Shown: positions 13,402-28,239 of the stretch, in pieces
How positions within the stretch are numbered: the stretch's first letter is position 1
Layout of the letters: each line of letters opens with the position of its first letter
Assembly: GCF_009914755.1 (NCBI RefSeq)
Contig: NC_060934.1
From: the human T2T-CHM13v2.0 reference genome, Homo sapiens
Reading direction: 5' to 3' (one strand)
DNA length: 64,000 nucleotides
Position numbers and translations under genes: made by a program
The notes under the pieces: generated by a model
What the model saw: only the letters and a program-made list of their open reading frames with translations
Database searches by the model: none
What the model was told of the DNA's origin: nothing

Positions 13402-14306
13402 CTTGCCTCTCCTTAAGTATCCTAACCCGCTGCTCAATGCTCTGGGGCTGGCCTGGGAGTCCAGATGGCTCTGGGTCTCAGCCCCAGTAGAGTTGGCTCC
13501 TTTGTGGGAGAATTGTGCCCAGGTGGCCCCACTCTGGCTCCGCAGAACAACATCACTTGGCGTTTTATCAATGGATTACTTTCCTGGTTTTGTTTACTCT
13601 TTCCTTCTCTTTTTAGCACCAGAGTGAGGAGAGGCTAGGAGGAAGAGGAGACTTTGAGAAGCTGCTTCTTTGCCAGGTGAACTAGGACTTGGACTGGAAG
13701 GGAAAGTGAGTTTTCTCAACCCTGCAGGCTTAATAGGAGGCAACTGGACACTGTCTCTTCTGGTGCCTGCCAGGAAGGTTTCTAAATCACACTCCCTGGG
13801 GTCCCTGGACAGAGCCTCAGCAGACTCAGGCTTGGGTCATTCAGCATAAAAAAATATGAAATGAACAATGACTTTCTGCAAATAAATGGCAATGTTCCAT
13901 TGGGGAAAATTTATTTTCCATTTAAAAGCTAATGAAAACCAGTTATGGTGAAAAACCCAGCCAAAGAAAGGATTGAGGCTTTCTTTTCTTCATGAGGAGA
14001 ATAATGCCAAATTCTGGCTGGTTCTTTGTGGAATCCAGATCTCAGGGAGAAGAGGGGCTGGGCCATGTGGAGTCCCTCAAACCCTGGTTGGAAAATGTGT
14101 CTTGGGGTCAGACAGGAAGCTTGATGGGGTTGGCAAAGGCTGGGGGGAGCCCAGGAAACATGCTCACTCTTCTGAGGGGGTGTGGGACACGCCTGAGCAG
14201 AGGAGAATTCTGGAGCATCTAAATATAGCATGAAAGGCAGAGCCCAAGAGCCCGAGACAGGAACTCAGTGGATTTAATACATCTGACACTTTCTCAGCTG
14301 TTTCTT

Positions 14307-14390
14307 TTTTAGTTTGCCCATGCTGAGGTGGAGGCAGGGAAATCCAAGACTGAGTCTGAAATGCTCCAGGTTTCATGTGCCTTGTCTGTG
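14307..14390 (+). repeat. Probable donor of 84-bp dispersed duplication
   Basis: ~89% identical to 20515-20598. Confidence 0.9.
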
Positions 14391-14539
14391 GCTTAATTTG
14401 ACCATTGCCTTTTCCTATCAACATGCTACCTTCATCTGAGCATTGGGCCTAACTGGAGTGCCCTGCCTCTAGGAACCTTGTTGGCTCACCCTACCCATGT
14501 TCTTCTCTCCCATGACTCAGAGCCCTGACAATATGGTTT

Positions 14540-15210
14540 ACTTCTACTGACCTGTGATCTTTCAGATGCTCTCTTCCCTGCTTAACAACCTTCAATGGCT
14601 CCCTATTGCCTCCAGAAGTTCTATTTTTTAGGTTTCTGTTCAAAGCTCTTGCTTCTGCCTCCCTTCGCAGCTACGTCTCCCACCATTACCTTGAAAACCT
14701 CTTAGATTTTAGAATTGAGCAAATAGCTCATGCCCCCTGTGTTCTTTTATACCCAGGTGTTTTGCATATACTAGTCTTGTTCCAGGAATTCCTTGCCTTG
14801 CCTGGCCTGCTGGAGGTTGAGTCATTTAAGAAGCAGCTCAGACACTATTCTTCCCTGACCACAACTTGCTCTGAAAAGTCAGTCTGAAGCTCCCAAGGCA
14901 ACGTGTGTAGGCTCTAGTTAGAGCACTTTGGACACCTAGTGGTGATTATTCAGACGATGGACACATTCCAGAGTCTAAGGTTCCTCGTCTGCAAAATGGG
15001 GATACTAGGACCTCCTGCATGAGAGTGGGTTAGGATTACAAATGAAACAAAGCATGCAAAGCCCCTGGAAGCCCTCAGTTGCTGAGTGGAATTATATTAT
15101 TAGACGGTAAACATTTTGAGGACAGGGACAGTGTCTCATTCATTTTTGTATCCTCGACTCCTAAGGCAGAAGTTGGTTGGAGAGTTTTGCTGTGCTTGTT
15201 TGTTGAAGAG
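14540..15210 (+). mobile_element. L2 fragments with an inserted MIR
   Basis: CCTGCTTAACAACCTTCAATGGCTCCCTATTGCC (L2); TTCCTCGTCTGCAAAATGGGGATA (MIR); TTTGAGGACAGGGACAGTGTCTCATTC (L2 tail). Confidence 0.65.
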
Positions 15211-15498
15211 AGGGATGGCTGTCTTGTGGTGTGTTATTTGTCTCTCTCTCTCTGGGTGCGTGTCTCCAACTAGGTCTGAATCCTTCCTGACGATTCTTAT
15301 CCTCTTCCCCCCACAACGCATGGCTTACTGCAGGGGCTCAATGAACATTAGCCCAGCAAAGAGAGGCAGGGAAGGGGAAAGAGATGAACATCCTAGTGCT
15401 CCCTTGGAAGGCTCCTCTTCCCCTCCTCAGACACCTGGGGAGGCACCGTTTCTTCTCTCCAGGGAGCCAAGGCTGGGGACAGTGACCAGCCCTCCTAA

Positions 15499-15843
<345 letters not shown>

Positions 15844-15959
15844 CCCCCCTCAGATGTTTTGAGTCTCCAGCAGGATGAGACAGAGGCAGAAATGGCAAGT
15901 GGCAAGGAGGCACTTCCTCAAAAGGCAATGGTGCATTTAATCTTTAGCAAGAGAGCAGC

Positions 15960-16160
15960 CTCCTCTGTGCCCGCAAGCCACCAAGCATTGTGTGTGCATT
16001 CTCTTGTTGACTCTCACAAGTCTAGTGGGGCAGGCACTGTTATCCTGCCCATTTTACAGATGAGGAAACAGGCTCAAAGAGTTCAAGAGGCTTCCCGAGG
16101 CCAGCTTGTTTATAGAGGGGCTGGGAGTTGAGCACAGGCCAGCCTGAATCTATAAATTGG
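15960..16160 (-). mobile_element. MIR
   Basis: CCCATTTTACAGATGAGGAAACAGGCTCA. Confidence 0.8.
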
Positions 16161-16232
16161 GCACATAGATGCCAGGTATAGAGCAAAAGGAAGGCATTGT
16201 TATACCACGTGTGGATGTACCATGCAGATGGC

Positions 16233-16650
16233 AAGGGCTTTAACCTGAGCTAGCCAGTTTACCCATCTGGTGGTGAGGGCTTTAACCTGAGCTTGTCCAT
16301 TCACCAGTCTGGTGGTGAGGGCTTTAACCTGAGCTAGCCCATTCACCCGTCTGGTGGTGAAGGCTTTAACCTGAGCTAGCCCATTCGCCAGTCTGGTGGT
16401 GAGGGTTTTAACCTGAGCTAGCCCGTTTGCCCATCTAGTGGTGAGGGTTTTAACCTGAGCTAGCCTCTTTGCCTGTCTGGTGGTGAGGGTTTTAACCTGA
16501 GCTAACCCGTTTGCCTGTCTGGTGGTGAGGGTTTTAACCTGAGCTAGCCCGTTTGCCCATCTGGTGGTGAGGGTTTTAACCTGAGCTAGCCCATTTGCCC
16601 ATCTGGTGGTGATGGCTTTAACCTGAGCTAGCCTGTTTGCCATCTAGTGG
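16233..16650. repeat. 42-bp minisatellite (VNTR), 10 copies
   Basis: TAACCTGAGC recurs exactly every 42 bp from 16241 to 16619; consensus CATCTGGTGGTGAGGG(C/T)TTTAACCTGAGCTAGCCCATTTGCC. Confidence 0.97.
16638..16650 (-). promoter_or_regulatory. CTCF core motif (candidate)
   Basis: minus strand CCACTAGATGGCA fits CCASYAGRKGGCR. Confidence 0.45.
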
Positions 16651-17392
16651 CTCCAGGGAGGTTCTTTCCAGCTCACAGAAGAAGAAAAGGGGATTTGCAT
16701 CAGGTGGACCTGTTGCAGTCCAGCTGCATCCAACCACAGTGTCTTCCTTGCAGACCAGGCATGACCTCCCAGGTCCTGGTAAGCTTGTCTTTAGGAATCT
16801 GACTCCCACCACCATCCCAATCACCTCTGAGAGTGCTCACCTGCTTCCACCTCTCCAGGCTGAACCCAAAGATACAAGCCTCACCTGCAGCCAGAAGGGA
16901 CTTAGGAACCCTGAGTTTCTCTGGCTGAGCTGCAGGCCAGCAGCCTTCTGGGCTGGGGCCCCTCCTTGAGGTGGGTCTCGGCCACATGACTCCAGGCATC
17001 TCCATCCTCCCTCCTAGGCACAACGACTTAGTTCCATCATGGGGCTTTGATCTCGGGCTGATTCTTCCTCAGGGGTCACAGTGCATGGGCTCCAGAATCT
17101 GTCTGGGGGTGTCCTGCCCAGTGCTGGGGACCAAACTGAGCCCTGGATGAGCAGGTGCTTCCACTGGACCCCCAGGTACTGTTTTCAGAGTGGCTGCCCT
17201 GCGATGTGTCCTTAACGAGGTGAAACTCTCCCTGTGGTGCTGGTGGCTGGGAGGGAATTTTACCTGTGGCCTCTGTTTGGAGGTTTGAGAATGGGCCATG
17301 TTTACTTTCATTAAAATTTTTAAAAAGTATATCTGGGTGTTTGAGACTAGGGGAAGGGGATATTGGGGCAAAAGGAGAAGGACAGATTATCA

Positions 17393-17735
<343 letters not shown>

Positions 17736-18066
17736 AGTGTACTAGAGGAACACAGAGCCAGTTAGCTGCTCTGAGCCGCCTGCTCTGAGCCCCACCTGGG
17801 ACTCAGTGATGGAGGGGTGGCCTGAGGACCGGCTAGGCAAGGAGTCCGGCTTCCACAGCTCCCCTTTGTGTGATAGCTGGGGGTTAGCTGGGAAGTCCCC
17901 TATTAGGGCTGGGACCCCAGGGCCCATCCCAAAGCCAACCCCTCCCATTCTAGAGGAGGAATCTGAGGCCCAGAGAAGGGAGAGACATTCTGAGGTCACT
18001 CAGGCAGGTGAAGCCAAGGCTGGCTCAGACCTGGGAGTCCTGCCTGTCATCATGATACTCTCTCTA

Positions 18067-18478
<412 letters not shown>

Positions 18479-18989
18479 TCAAAGGTCAAATTATCATCAG
18501 GATGCCACTCCCATTCCAAGTCCAGTGACTCAGGTCAGGGGATGACAGATCCACACTGTAGAGAGTCATGGAACATGCCTTCTCCTGGTTTCAACTGCTT
18601 GTTGTGAAACACTTTCACAGGGGCATATTTCCCTGGGCATGGGGCTACTTTCCAGAACTTCACAGACACTTGAATCTTCTGGACAAGTGCGTTTCACAGT
18701 GAGAGAATTCTGGGACTTTGCCTACTCTCCCAGGTAACAGGATCATGGTCACTCTTGGGCCTCCGTGTGGGTCAATGTTGAAGAGAGATGCTAGACAAAG
18801 CATGCAGGCCTAAAGGCAAGGATTTCTAGAATTTCAAGGGCAGAGGGCAGGTAAGAACCTGGGTTCCAGGGAGGGAGGGAGGGAGGGCAGGTGGGCAGTG
18901 GTGGCTAGGGAGCAGAGACCAGCCCAAACAGGAATGAAGTAGGGTCAGAAGATTCCATGTGCTGGAGATGGGGACACACGTTCCCCATC

Positions 18990-19540
18990 ACATACATTCT
19001 GGATGAGAGGGCCCACTGGCAGAACCTCTTAGGAGGGCACTGTGGCACTATCTAACAGAAGCTAAAGGGCACATACCTGTTGGCCCAGCAACTCCACTTA
19101 AAGGTATTTATCTGACACACTCCCACATGTGTGCAAAGAGGTATTCAGAAAGCATTCTTTATTTAGGTGAGAAATGAGATATCTCATTAGACCACCTCAC
19201 TGGGGGACTGAGGCATCAGTCATACAGTAAAATGCCAACATGTGAGCCAGTCGAAAGAATGAGGTGGCCTCATGTAGGTGGATCTCTAACATATATTAGG
19301 TTGAAAAGCAGAGCAAGTGAATGACAAGGTGCAGGATAATACGCATAACATGCTCACATTTGAGTAAGAAAATCCTATTAATGCGTGTGCTTGTGTATGC
19401 GTGGAAGCGCTTCTGGAAGGACATCGAAGATGCTGGGGACAGTGATTGCCTCTGAGAAGATAACTGGGAGGCTGGGGTGCCAGGAGGGAGGAAGATGTGC
19501 TTCTCACAGTATGTCCTTGGATTGCTTACATTACCATGTT
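18990..19540 (+). mobile_element. Old L1 (L1ME-like) 3' region
   Basis: GCACATACCTGTTGGCCCAGCAACTCCACTTAAAGGTATTTATC. Confidence 0.6.
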
Positions 19541-19829
19541 CAGTGCACAATGTATCAGATCCTTCTTTCATGCCCCCTCCCCTGTCCCCCGACAGCTGCA
19601 AGACAGGGAGGGAGTGATGGCCTGAGCTAGTGAGACCTGAAACACAGGGCCTGACTGATGGCCCCAAGGTGAGGGTGTGGGTGAGGACACACCCAGCGTG
19701 CCAGTGTCTGTTTTGTGCTGATGAACAGATTTGTCATTGGCACTTTTGCAAAACTGCAATGAAATTCTGGCTCAGGGCACAATCACCCAGCTGGGGCCCC
19801 GAGGCTTTTGGAAGTCACCCGTGGACAGC

Positions 19830-20270
19830 TTGTCAGCAAATCTTTATGGAGCAACAACTCTGTGCTAGGTGCTGAGTACACAGTGATGAGCAAAACATGC
19901 AAAGACCGTGCCCTCTTCAACTTGGATGGCCAGTGGGGATTAGGAAAACAAATAAGTCAACAAACCCACAATACCATCAGTGTTGTGTTCAAGTAGGCTA
20001 TGCAGAGGGACAGGAGGGCCTGAGGGCTGCTTCATACAGGGTGAGGATGGAGGGGTTCTGAGGAGGGATGCCCAGGCTGAGACCCAAAAGGTGAAAATGA
20101 GCTGATAGGGAGAGGTGGGTGGCAGCCAGGAGTGAGTAGAATTACAGGTGGAGGGACCATGTTGGGAGGCTCCACGGAGGACAGTCTGGAAGGACTGAAG
20201 GACAGCCAATGTGGCCAAAGAGTAGTGAGTGTGAGAGAGGGGGAGCCAGGTGAGGTTGGTGGGGAGGCGG
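19830..20270 (-). mobile_element. L2
   Basis: CAGCAAATCTTTATGGAGCAAC...TGTGCTAGGTGCTGAGTACACAGTGATGAGCAAAACA. Confidence 0.75.
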
Positions 20271-20469
20271 TAGGGACGCCATGCTCCTGCTGCCCTGACT
20301 GTGGGGCACAGGGTGGCAGTCAGGCCTGTGGGTCACCCACCTTCTCAGGGGCTGGCATTTGCCTTTTCTTGCCTTGCCCTTTCAGTTGGATGCAACCACT
20401 CCATGACTCCAGTGGAGGATGAGACCCTGGGATCAGTTCCTGCCCTGGCCACAGGCTTTGCTCACCCTA

Positions 20470-20642
20470 TGTTCTAATGATCAATATTTCTGCAGTAACA
20501 TCTTGCAGAAATAGTTTTAGTTCACCCATGCTGAGGTGGAGGCAGGGAAAACCAGGACTGAGTTGAAAATGCTCCAGGTTTCATGTGCCTTTTCCGTGTT
20601 CTAGGTGATCAAGATTTCTGCAATAGCATCCTGCAGAATTAG
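20470..20642 (+). repeat. Two ~45-bp palindromic direct repeats flanking an 84-bp copy of 14307-14390
   Basis: 20470-20514 vs 20597-20642 ~84% identical; insert at 20515-20598. Confidence 0.88.
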
Positions 20643-20674
20643 GTGGTGTGGACAAGGGGGCTTCAGGGTGCATC

Positions 20675-21128
20675 AGGCAACATTATGTTTGGCTGCATGG
20701 GACAGAAAATGCCAGATCATGTAGCTTAAAGAAGATAGAGTTTTATTTTTTGTAGATAAACAAAGTTTGGAGGTAAATCTAGACCCTTGAATTAGTCCTA
20801 GATCATCCATAAGAAGCTACCACATGGCCCAAGATGGCTGCTCAAATGCCAGCAGTTGCATCTACATTTCAGACAGGAGGAGGAATGTGTGGGGAAGAGA
20901 AGGGCACACTTCTGTTTAAGGTCCCTTCATGGAAATCGTATATGATTTACTTCTGCCTGTATTTCATTGTCCAGAATTTATCCCAGGGCTGCCCCTAGCT
21001 GCAGGAAGAGCTGGGAAAGGTAGTTTTTATTCTGGGTGGCGATGTGCCAAGCTAAAGACATCAGGGGTTCCATGTTAAAGGAGGAAGAGGGAAATGAAGA
21101 ATGCCAGACACAGCATTTTCTGCCACAT
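20675..21128 (-). mobile_element. MLT1J-like LTR
   Basis: CCCAAGATGGCTGCT...CCCTAGCTGCAGGAAGAGCTGGGAAAGGTAGT. Confidence 0.7.
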
Positions 21129-21414
21129 ATGATCAAATAAATTTGAGAAATACTTGGTTAAACAAAATGAAATAGGCTTCTTCACTGCAGAATGTCTCAA
21201 CCTTTAGTGCGCTCATGGACATTGCTAATCTGTAAAAGAGGCTGTAGTAGTATGTAGCCTTTCCAAAATGTATTAAATGATAGAATTGGTGTGTGTGTGT
21301 GAAGCACCTTACGGAATTGGTGTTCTGCAGAGGCTATTCAGGTAAACGTAGTCCTTGATTATAGAGTTCAAAAATAACCAAGCTAGGCAACATGCTTTCA
21401 TTTTAAAGACTAAA

Positions 21415-21760
21415 TGCCATTCCTTCAATCAGCCTAGACCACCTACCCTGGAAACGACAGGCCCTGGGCCAAGTGCTGGGATATATGGCTGAGTCATGAT
21501 TCCTGCTCTCAATAAGTTCAAAGTCAAGAGAGACACATTCTCAGCAAAATAATGACAAGAAATGCCAGAATAGAACCTGGACTGGAAGAATGTGACATTG
21601 GCCTGCAGAATCAGGTGGCTGGGGTGGAGGCTGTGGACAGCATAGAGTGGGGTGGGCGGAAAAGGGTTGGTGCAAGGCAGTGAGTCTGGAGGGGTGAGTG
21701 CAGCCAGTGGTGAAAAGCCTCAAGTGCTGTGCCAAGGATGTGTGCCTTCTCGTTGTGGCA
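21415..21760 (-). mobile_element. L2 fragment
   Basis: CATTCCTTCAATCAG...GTGCTGGGATATATGG...CCTGCTCTCAATAAGTTCA. Confidence 0.55.
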
Positions 21761-21950
21761 CCTGGAAGGAGACTGCGGGGTGCAGAAGGGCCATGTACCA
21801 GGGAGTGGATCGTGATCTTTCCTCCTCCCTGGCTCCCAGCCTGCTGCCCGTATGAAGGGCTTCTTCCTGTCCCGACACAAGACAGTGAATTGGTCACCAG
21901 AACACATAGCCCTCCTCCCGTTGCAAAGCTCTGTCATCTCCTTTCTCTTA

Positions 21951-22279
<329 letters not shown>

Positions 22280-22514
22280 GAGCAGAGAGGGCTGCCCTTC
22301 CCCCACTTTACAAAGAGGCAGGGACAGCTCCAGCATCCTGCCACCTGCAAGTGGCAGAGGTAAAGGGGAGGGATTTCACACCTTGGTCGGGTGTGCGGAG
22401 AGAGGAGGCTGAGAGAAGTTCCTCTGAGGCGGGTCTGAGCTCCATGCGATGCCTCTTCCTGCTAGCAAAGGCTCCCCTTGGAGGCTGCTCCACCAGGCAG
22501 GCAGGGAAGGGCCT

Positions 22515-22989
22515 GTATCCATTCCTGAGGGCTGCCATGATGAAGGACCACAGACTGGGTGCCTTCAAACAAGGGAAATCTGTTCTCCCATGCTTCTGGA
22601 GGTCAGAAATCTGGAATCAAGGAATCAGCAGTGCATGTTCCCTCCGAAGGCTCCTTCTCACCTCTTGCAGCCCCAGGGGGTTGCTGGCAATCTTGGCGCT
22701 CCTTGGCTTGCAGCCGCGTCACTCCGATCTGTGCCTGCGTTGTCCCATGGAGTTCTCCCTGTGTACATGTGTCTCTGTGTCTTTGGCTTTTTCCTCTTTG
22801 TGTGTCTGTGTCCAGATTTCCTTGTCTTATGAAGACACCAGTCACTGGATTAAGGCCTGACTAAATCAGTGTTGCCTCATCTTTCCTTGATTACATCTGC
22901 AAAGAGCCTGTTTGCAAATAGCACAAACAGAGGTACCCGAGGTTAGGACTTCAACAGATCTTTCAGGGGAACCCAATGCAACCTAAACA
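22515..22989 (-). mobile_element. MLT1B/C LTR
   Basis: TTCCTGAGGGCTGCCA...GTTGCTGGCAATCTTGGCG...TCTTATGAAGACACCAGTCACTGGATTAAGG. Confidence 0.8.
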
Positions 22990-23540
22990 GACAGTTTTGC
23001 CTCTTCAGCTCACACCTGAGCCAGCCTGGGGCCATGGAAAAGACCCAGAGCTGATGCCAGACCCTGCAGCTCTAACCTCCAGCAAATCTACAAATCCCAC
23101 TTATCTCTAATTTATTAGCCTTTGCATGGATCTAATGCCCTTCAGTGCAGAGCCCTACAAACACACACTGTTTTCCTACTGACTCCTAGCCAGGTATGTG
23201 GTGGGGGAGCTGGGCCAGCTGGCAGAGAGCATCACCCATTGCCAGGGAGGCAGGCAGGGATGTGGCCAAATTTTCTTCCTGGGCATCTCCTCCTAGCCAC
23301 AGGTGCTCCTTGGCAACCAGGCAGTGAGGCAAGCTGGTTCTGCAGGCAGCCTGGGCCCACCTGGAGCCCATCTCCCGCCCTGGCCTTCCGGCCTTCTCAC
23401 GCGGCTGCATCATTTTGAACAGCTTTGAAAGTGATGGCCTGGGGTGGTAGTGATAGGGGCGCTTCGATTCTATTATTTTCAACAACTGTGGCCAGTTGGC
23501 TTTCTCTGTGCATTACAAATTCCTACCTGTCCTACAAGGC

Positions 23541-24307
<767 letters not shown>

Positions 24308-24922
24308 AGGCCCATCAGAAATCTCGCCTCCTCCAGGAAGCCTTCTGCACTCAAAACCAGGCAATCCCCCTTTCTGGAACTCCCATAGCACATAATGTCT
24401 GAGGAACTCAGTGGCCCAGGGCCACTTGGGTATTTATATTCTGTCTCTCTGAGGCTGGACTTAACTCTGGGTCGATGGCATTTATAGTTTTTGAAAACAA
24501 GTGCAGCACAGCGGAAGCCCTTTTATCTGATGTTATTAGGACTGGTAGTTGGGTAGTAAACTGAAAATCCAAAAGGAATGCCAGAAAGCAGCATGGCTCA
24601 ACATGCGGTAGGCGGAAGATTGATGCAGGAGTAGAGAGCAAAGGTTAACCACTGTGTTAGTGAAATCGACGTTGGCTGGGAGAGATTCTCCTGCACAAAA
24701 ACAAACAGCAGCCACCAAAGCCCAAGATGGATGAAATCTGGATGCGAAGTTATCCAGCTTCCCATTGAGAGTGGATTTCCTTTTAAAGAAACCATCAATA
24801 CTCTGTGTCATTTAAGACTCCTATCTGGTTTGGGTGTCAAGGGAAGTGGCCATACAAGCTGTTTGGGACTTTAAAAGTGGAATGGAATCCAGGACACAGT
24901 GAGGGTCCCCTACAGAACCTGA

Positions 24923-25268
<346 letters not shown>

Positions 25269-25374
25269 TTAAACTATAAAACAAACATAATAGGCCCAAA
25301 GCAGGGAGTGGCAAAGACTTTGTTTCACCTGCTTCACAGTGTCAACATAGCCCCAAAAGATTGGCCATCAGAAC

Positions 25375-25538
25375 TGTGTGTGTGTGTGTGTGTGCAAGTG
25401 TGTGTGAATGTATGTATGTGTGTTGTGTATGGCAGTGTATGCATGTGAGTGTGAGTGTGAGCATGTCTGTGGGCATGTGGGCTTGTGTAATGTGTATGAT
25501 CATGTGCATGTGTGTGTGAGTGGGTGTGGATGTGTGGA
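25375..25538. repeat. Degenerate (TG)n microsatellite
   Basis: TG/TGTA/TGAG-rich tract. Confidence 0.9.
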
Positions 25539-25904
25539 CAGCCAGGGAGGCCAAGGAGAGGGAGAGCATACTGCCTTTGCCTAGAAAGGTGTAGCAAAGC
25601 CAGGCAGTGTGTCCCTGGCTTTCCCCAGGGGAAGAGGGGGACACTGGGCCAGAAACTTGAGCTCCTGGCCTCTGCTGAATCTCTGTGCATTCAAGGGGAG
25701 ATATGTGCATGAAGTCATTGCAGTGTGACGCCTCTGTACTCATCAGATCACCCACGTCATCTAATGCACTCCCATCACATTCCAGACTCAGTGCTGCCAT
25801 CAGCTCCCTAGGAGCTCTCCCTCCAGGAAGGGAATGTGTCCACCGTCAGACACTCAGACCCAGCATGTGGGGACAGAGGCTGATGGCCTGTCTGGCCATT
25901 CCTC

Positions 25905-26300
25905 TCAGTTCCTCTCCTCACTAGCTTGTGTCCTTGTGCAAGTCACTTACCCTCTCTGAGGTTCAGTTCCCTCCTCTTTGAAGTGGGTTTAATAATAGTA
26001 CCTGCCACATAGGTTGTGAAGATTGATGAGATTAACCATATAATGTGCTTAGCACAATGCCTAATGTATGGCAAGCCTTCCAAAAGTATACGCTACCATC
26101 ATAATGATCAATATGATAATAAATCAAAACATCCGTATTGTTTTTCATATGTGCTCCAGCGGGCTGACTGTGCAGTCGGCTTCCTGATGGCACAATCTGC
26201 CATTCATCCTGTATCCCCAGAGCTGAGCTCAGGGCCTGGTGTATAGCATATGCTCAGGAAGTGTTTGTTGCAGAAATGAATGAATGATAGTGAGTGAGTG
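25905..26300 (+). mobile_element. MIR followed by L2 3' end
   Basis: GCAAGTCACTTACCCTCTCTGAGGTTCAGTT; TGTTGCAGAAATGAATGAATGA. Confidence 0.75.
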
Positions 26301-26641
26301 AGTGGCAAGTAATGTTTCTAGGCCCATAGGTCCAGGGCTGATAGCTTTGCACAGGTAAGCCGTTCTATACACTTGCACTTGGCAACTGGGCCACCTTTCC
26401 CTGGGGACAGCAGACCCCAATGAACTCTGGCACATTACTCACTCTTGGAGGGGAGGCAGGAAGGGAAGGAGTTTGGAGATAGAGCTCTCTGAGCAGCCAC
26501 TTGGTCACCAGGCCAGGGCTTGGGTCATTATCACCAAACTTCTCAGGCTGTTGAATTGGGCCATTTATGTCTGCTTTTGTTTTATTTTAGTTTGGACGGA
26601 AGCCCAAGCATCACTGAGCAAAGTCAGTATCCTCCTATACC

Positions 26642-26815
26642 TTGCTACTTATTCTAAGTGTGTTTCATGGACCAGCAAAATGGACCTCATCTAGGAGCTT
26701 GTTGGAAATGCAGAATCTCAGCCCGACTTACGGAATCAGAATCTACATGTCAACAAGATCCCCAGGGGCTGTGTGTGCACATCAAAGTGTGAGAGTTTTC
26801 TGCCCTAGTGCCACT
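26642..26815. mobile_element. MER5A (hAT-Charlie MITE)
   Basis: GAGCTTGTTGGAAATGCAGAATCTCAG...AACAAGATCCCCAGG...GCACATCAAAGTGTGAGA. Confidence 0.85.
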
Positions 26816-27653
26816 GCTTTAAGAACTACAGCTTGGTCATCTCTAGAAGAAAATCTAGCATTTGTGAGTTGCCACTTCTCCTGCACTCCAAAATGCACGT
26901 CCCAGCCCCTGACCCATTAGAATGAGGTTGTCCAGGGATGTACGGTGCTCTTGCTCCTTCTGGCCATCTCATCTCCCCTCTCCTTTTCTGAAGCTCTTTC
27001 ACTGGTCAGCAACCCGGCCCTTCTTTGCCATTATGAGAGAAACTTCTCTGCTGTTTGCTGATCGAACTGATAATTTGTTTTCTTGAAAAGCGTGTTTTAA
27101 TTCAAGGGAGTTGTTGTTAAGGCAAGTCTGTCTGCTGTGAGTTTTATCTCCTCTCTGTTGCTTCCTGGCAGTGCCACCCAGGGTCCTGGCATGCATCTTC
27201 TGGAACCCAAAGGGCAAACAACACCCTTAGACTTCCACACAATCCCCGGCTTCTCCTCCACATCTTTCCTCAGCTATCCAGCTGTGCAGAGCTGGCACAC
27301 GGGCATGCCCTGCCTTCATTCTTCCCAGCTCATACCTGCTCTGGAGAGAATACACACATACGTCAATGACAACACATAAAATCCAATGACAGCCCAAGAA
27401 CTCCTAAATCTTCCAAATTGCCATCTGCACTTCCTCTCTCTTTATATCCTGGCATGCCTGAGCTGACCTGCCCCCCAGATCCAGTCCCAGCAGCTGTAAT
27501 CATGTGTCTGCGTCTTCCAGCTGCTTTGGGAAATGCTGGGGCTCCAGGTACCAGCGTCTTCCTGGCTGCACCTCTCCAGAGTTGGATACAGCTAAGGAGT
27601 TAGGGTCCCTGGGGATTGGGAACAGAGGACAGGGCCTAGAGCACTCCCAGACT

Positions 27654-27807
27654 CAAGTGTCCCTTGGCTTTCCACGTGGAAAACCAAGAAATGACTAAAT
27701 CCAGTGAATTAGCCACAGGAATCCCACTGCAGGAAAAAAGAGAATTCCCAGTTAGAAGAGTTGTGGCAATGGGACAGTGCCTCCTTTCCAAGCAGCTGTA
27801 TGCTAAA
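27654..27807 (+). repeat. Copy 1 of ~155-bp direct duplication
   Basis: ~89% identical to 28961-29124; exact core TAAATCCAGTGAATTAGCCACAGGAATCCCAC. Confidence 0.9.
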
Positions 27808-28239
27808 TAAGGAAACTCCAAAGAAAGGTTACAATTTTCCTTGAGCATCTGGAAATTAGGTTCTGTTCTCAGGTTCAAGTTAAAAACAGTGGTTGGAATT
27901 CTGGTATCAACTTTGCCAGATAAGGGGGAATTGGGGGAGCGCCTCGGTGGTGACGTGACATCCTGGCTGGTCTCTGTGCCTCAGTATTGATGAAGGATTT
28001 TGGGAGACAAAGGCTCCAGGACAGCCCATTTGCTCATTACAGGTGCAAAGAGGCCAATACTTGGCCTCCAACCCTTTTTTTTTAACTCTAGGAGAAGCAA
28101 AGCCATTTAATAACTCATTTCATAATGAAGAACGAATCATTTTTAAAAGTTTTCCACCTCTTTTACCAACTGACCCTATAATTAGACAAAGCATTCATTT
28201 CCTTTTTACTGCTGGCTCCCCAAAGCAAGATCTAATGGT

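Noticed and set aside
16233-16650. CRISPR-like array (invariant core with variable flanks)
   Set aside because: The segments between cores are homologous to one another, so it is a minisatellite.
20470-20642. CRISPR-like repeat-spacer-repeat
   Set aside because: Primate DNA, only two diverged repeats, an 84-bp insert from the same locus, and no cas genes; better explained as a templated insertion.
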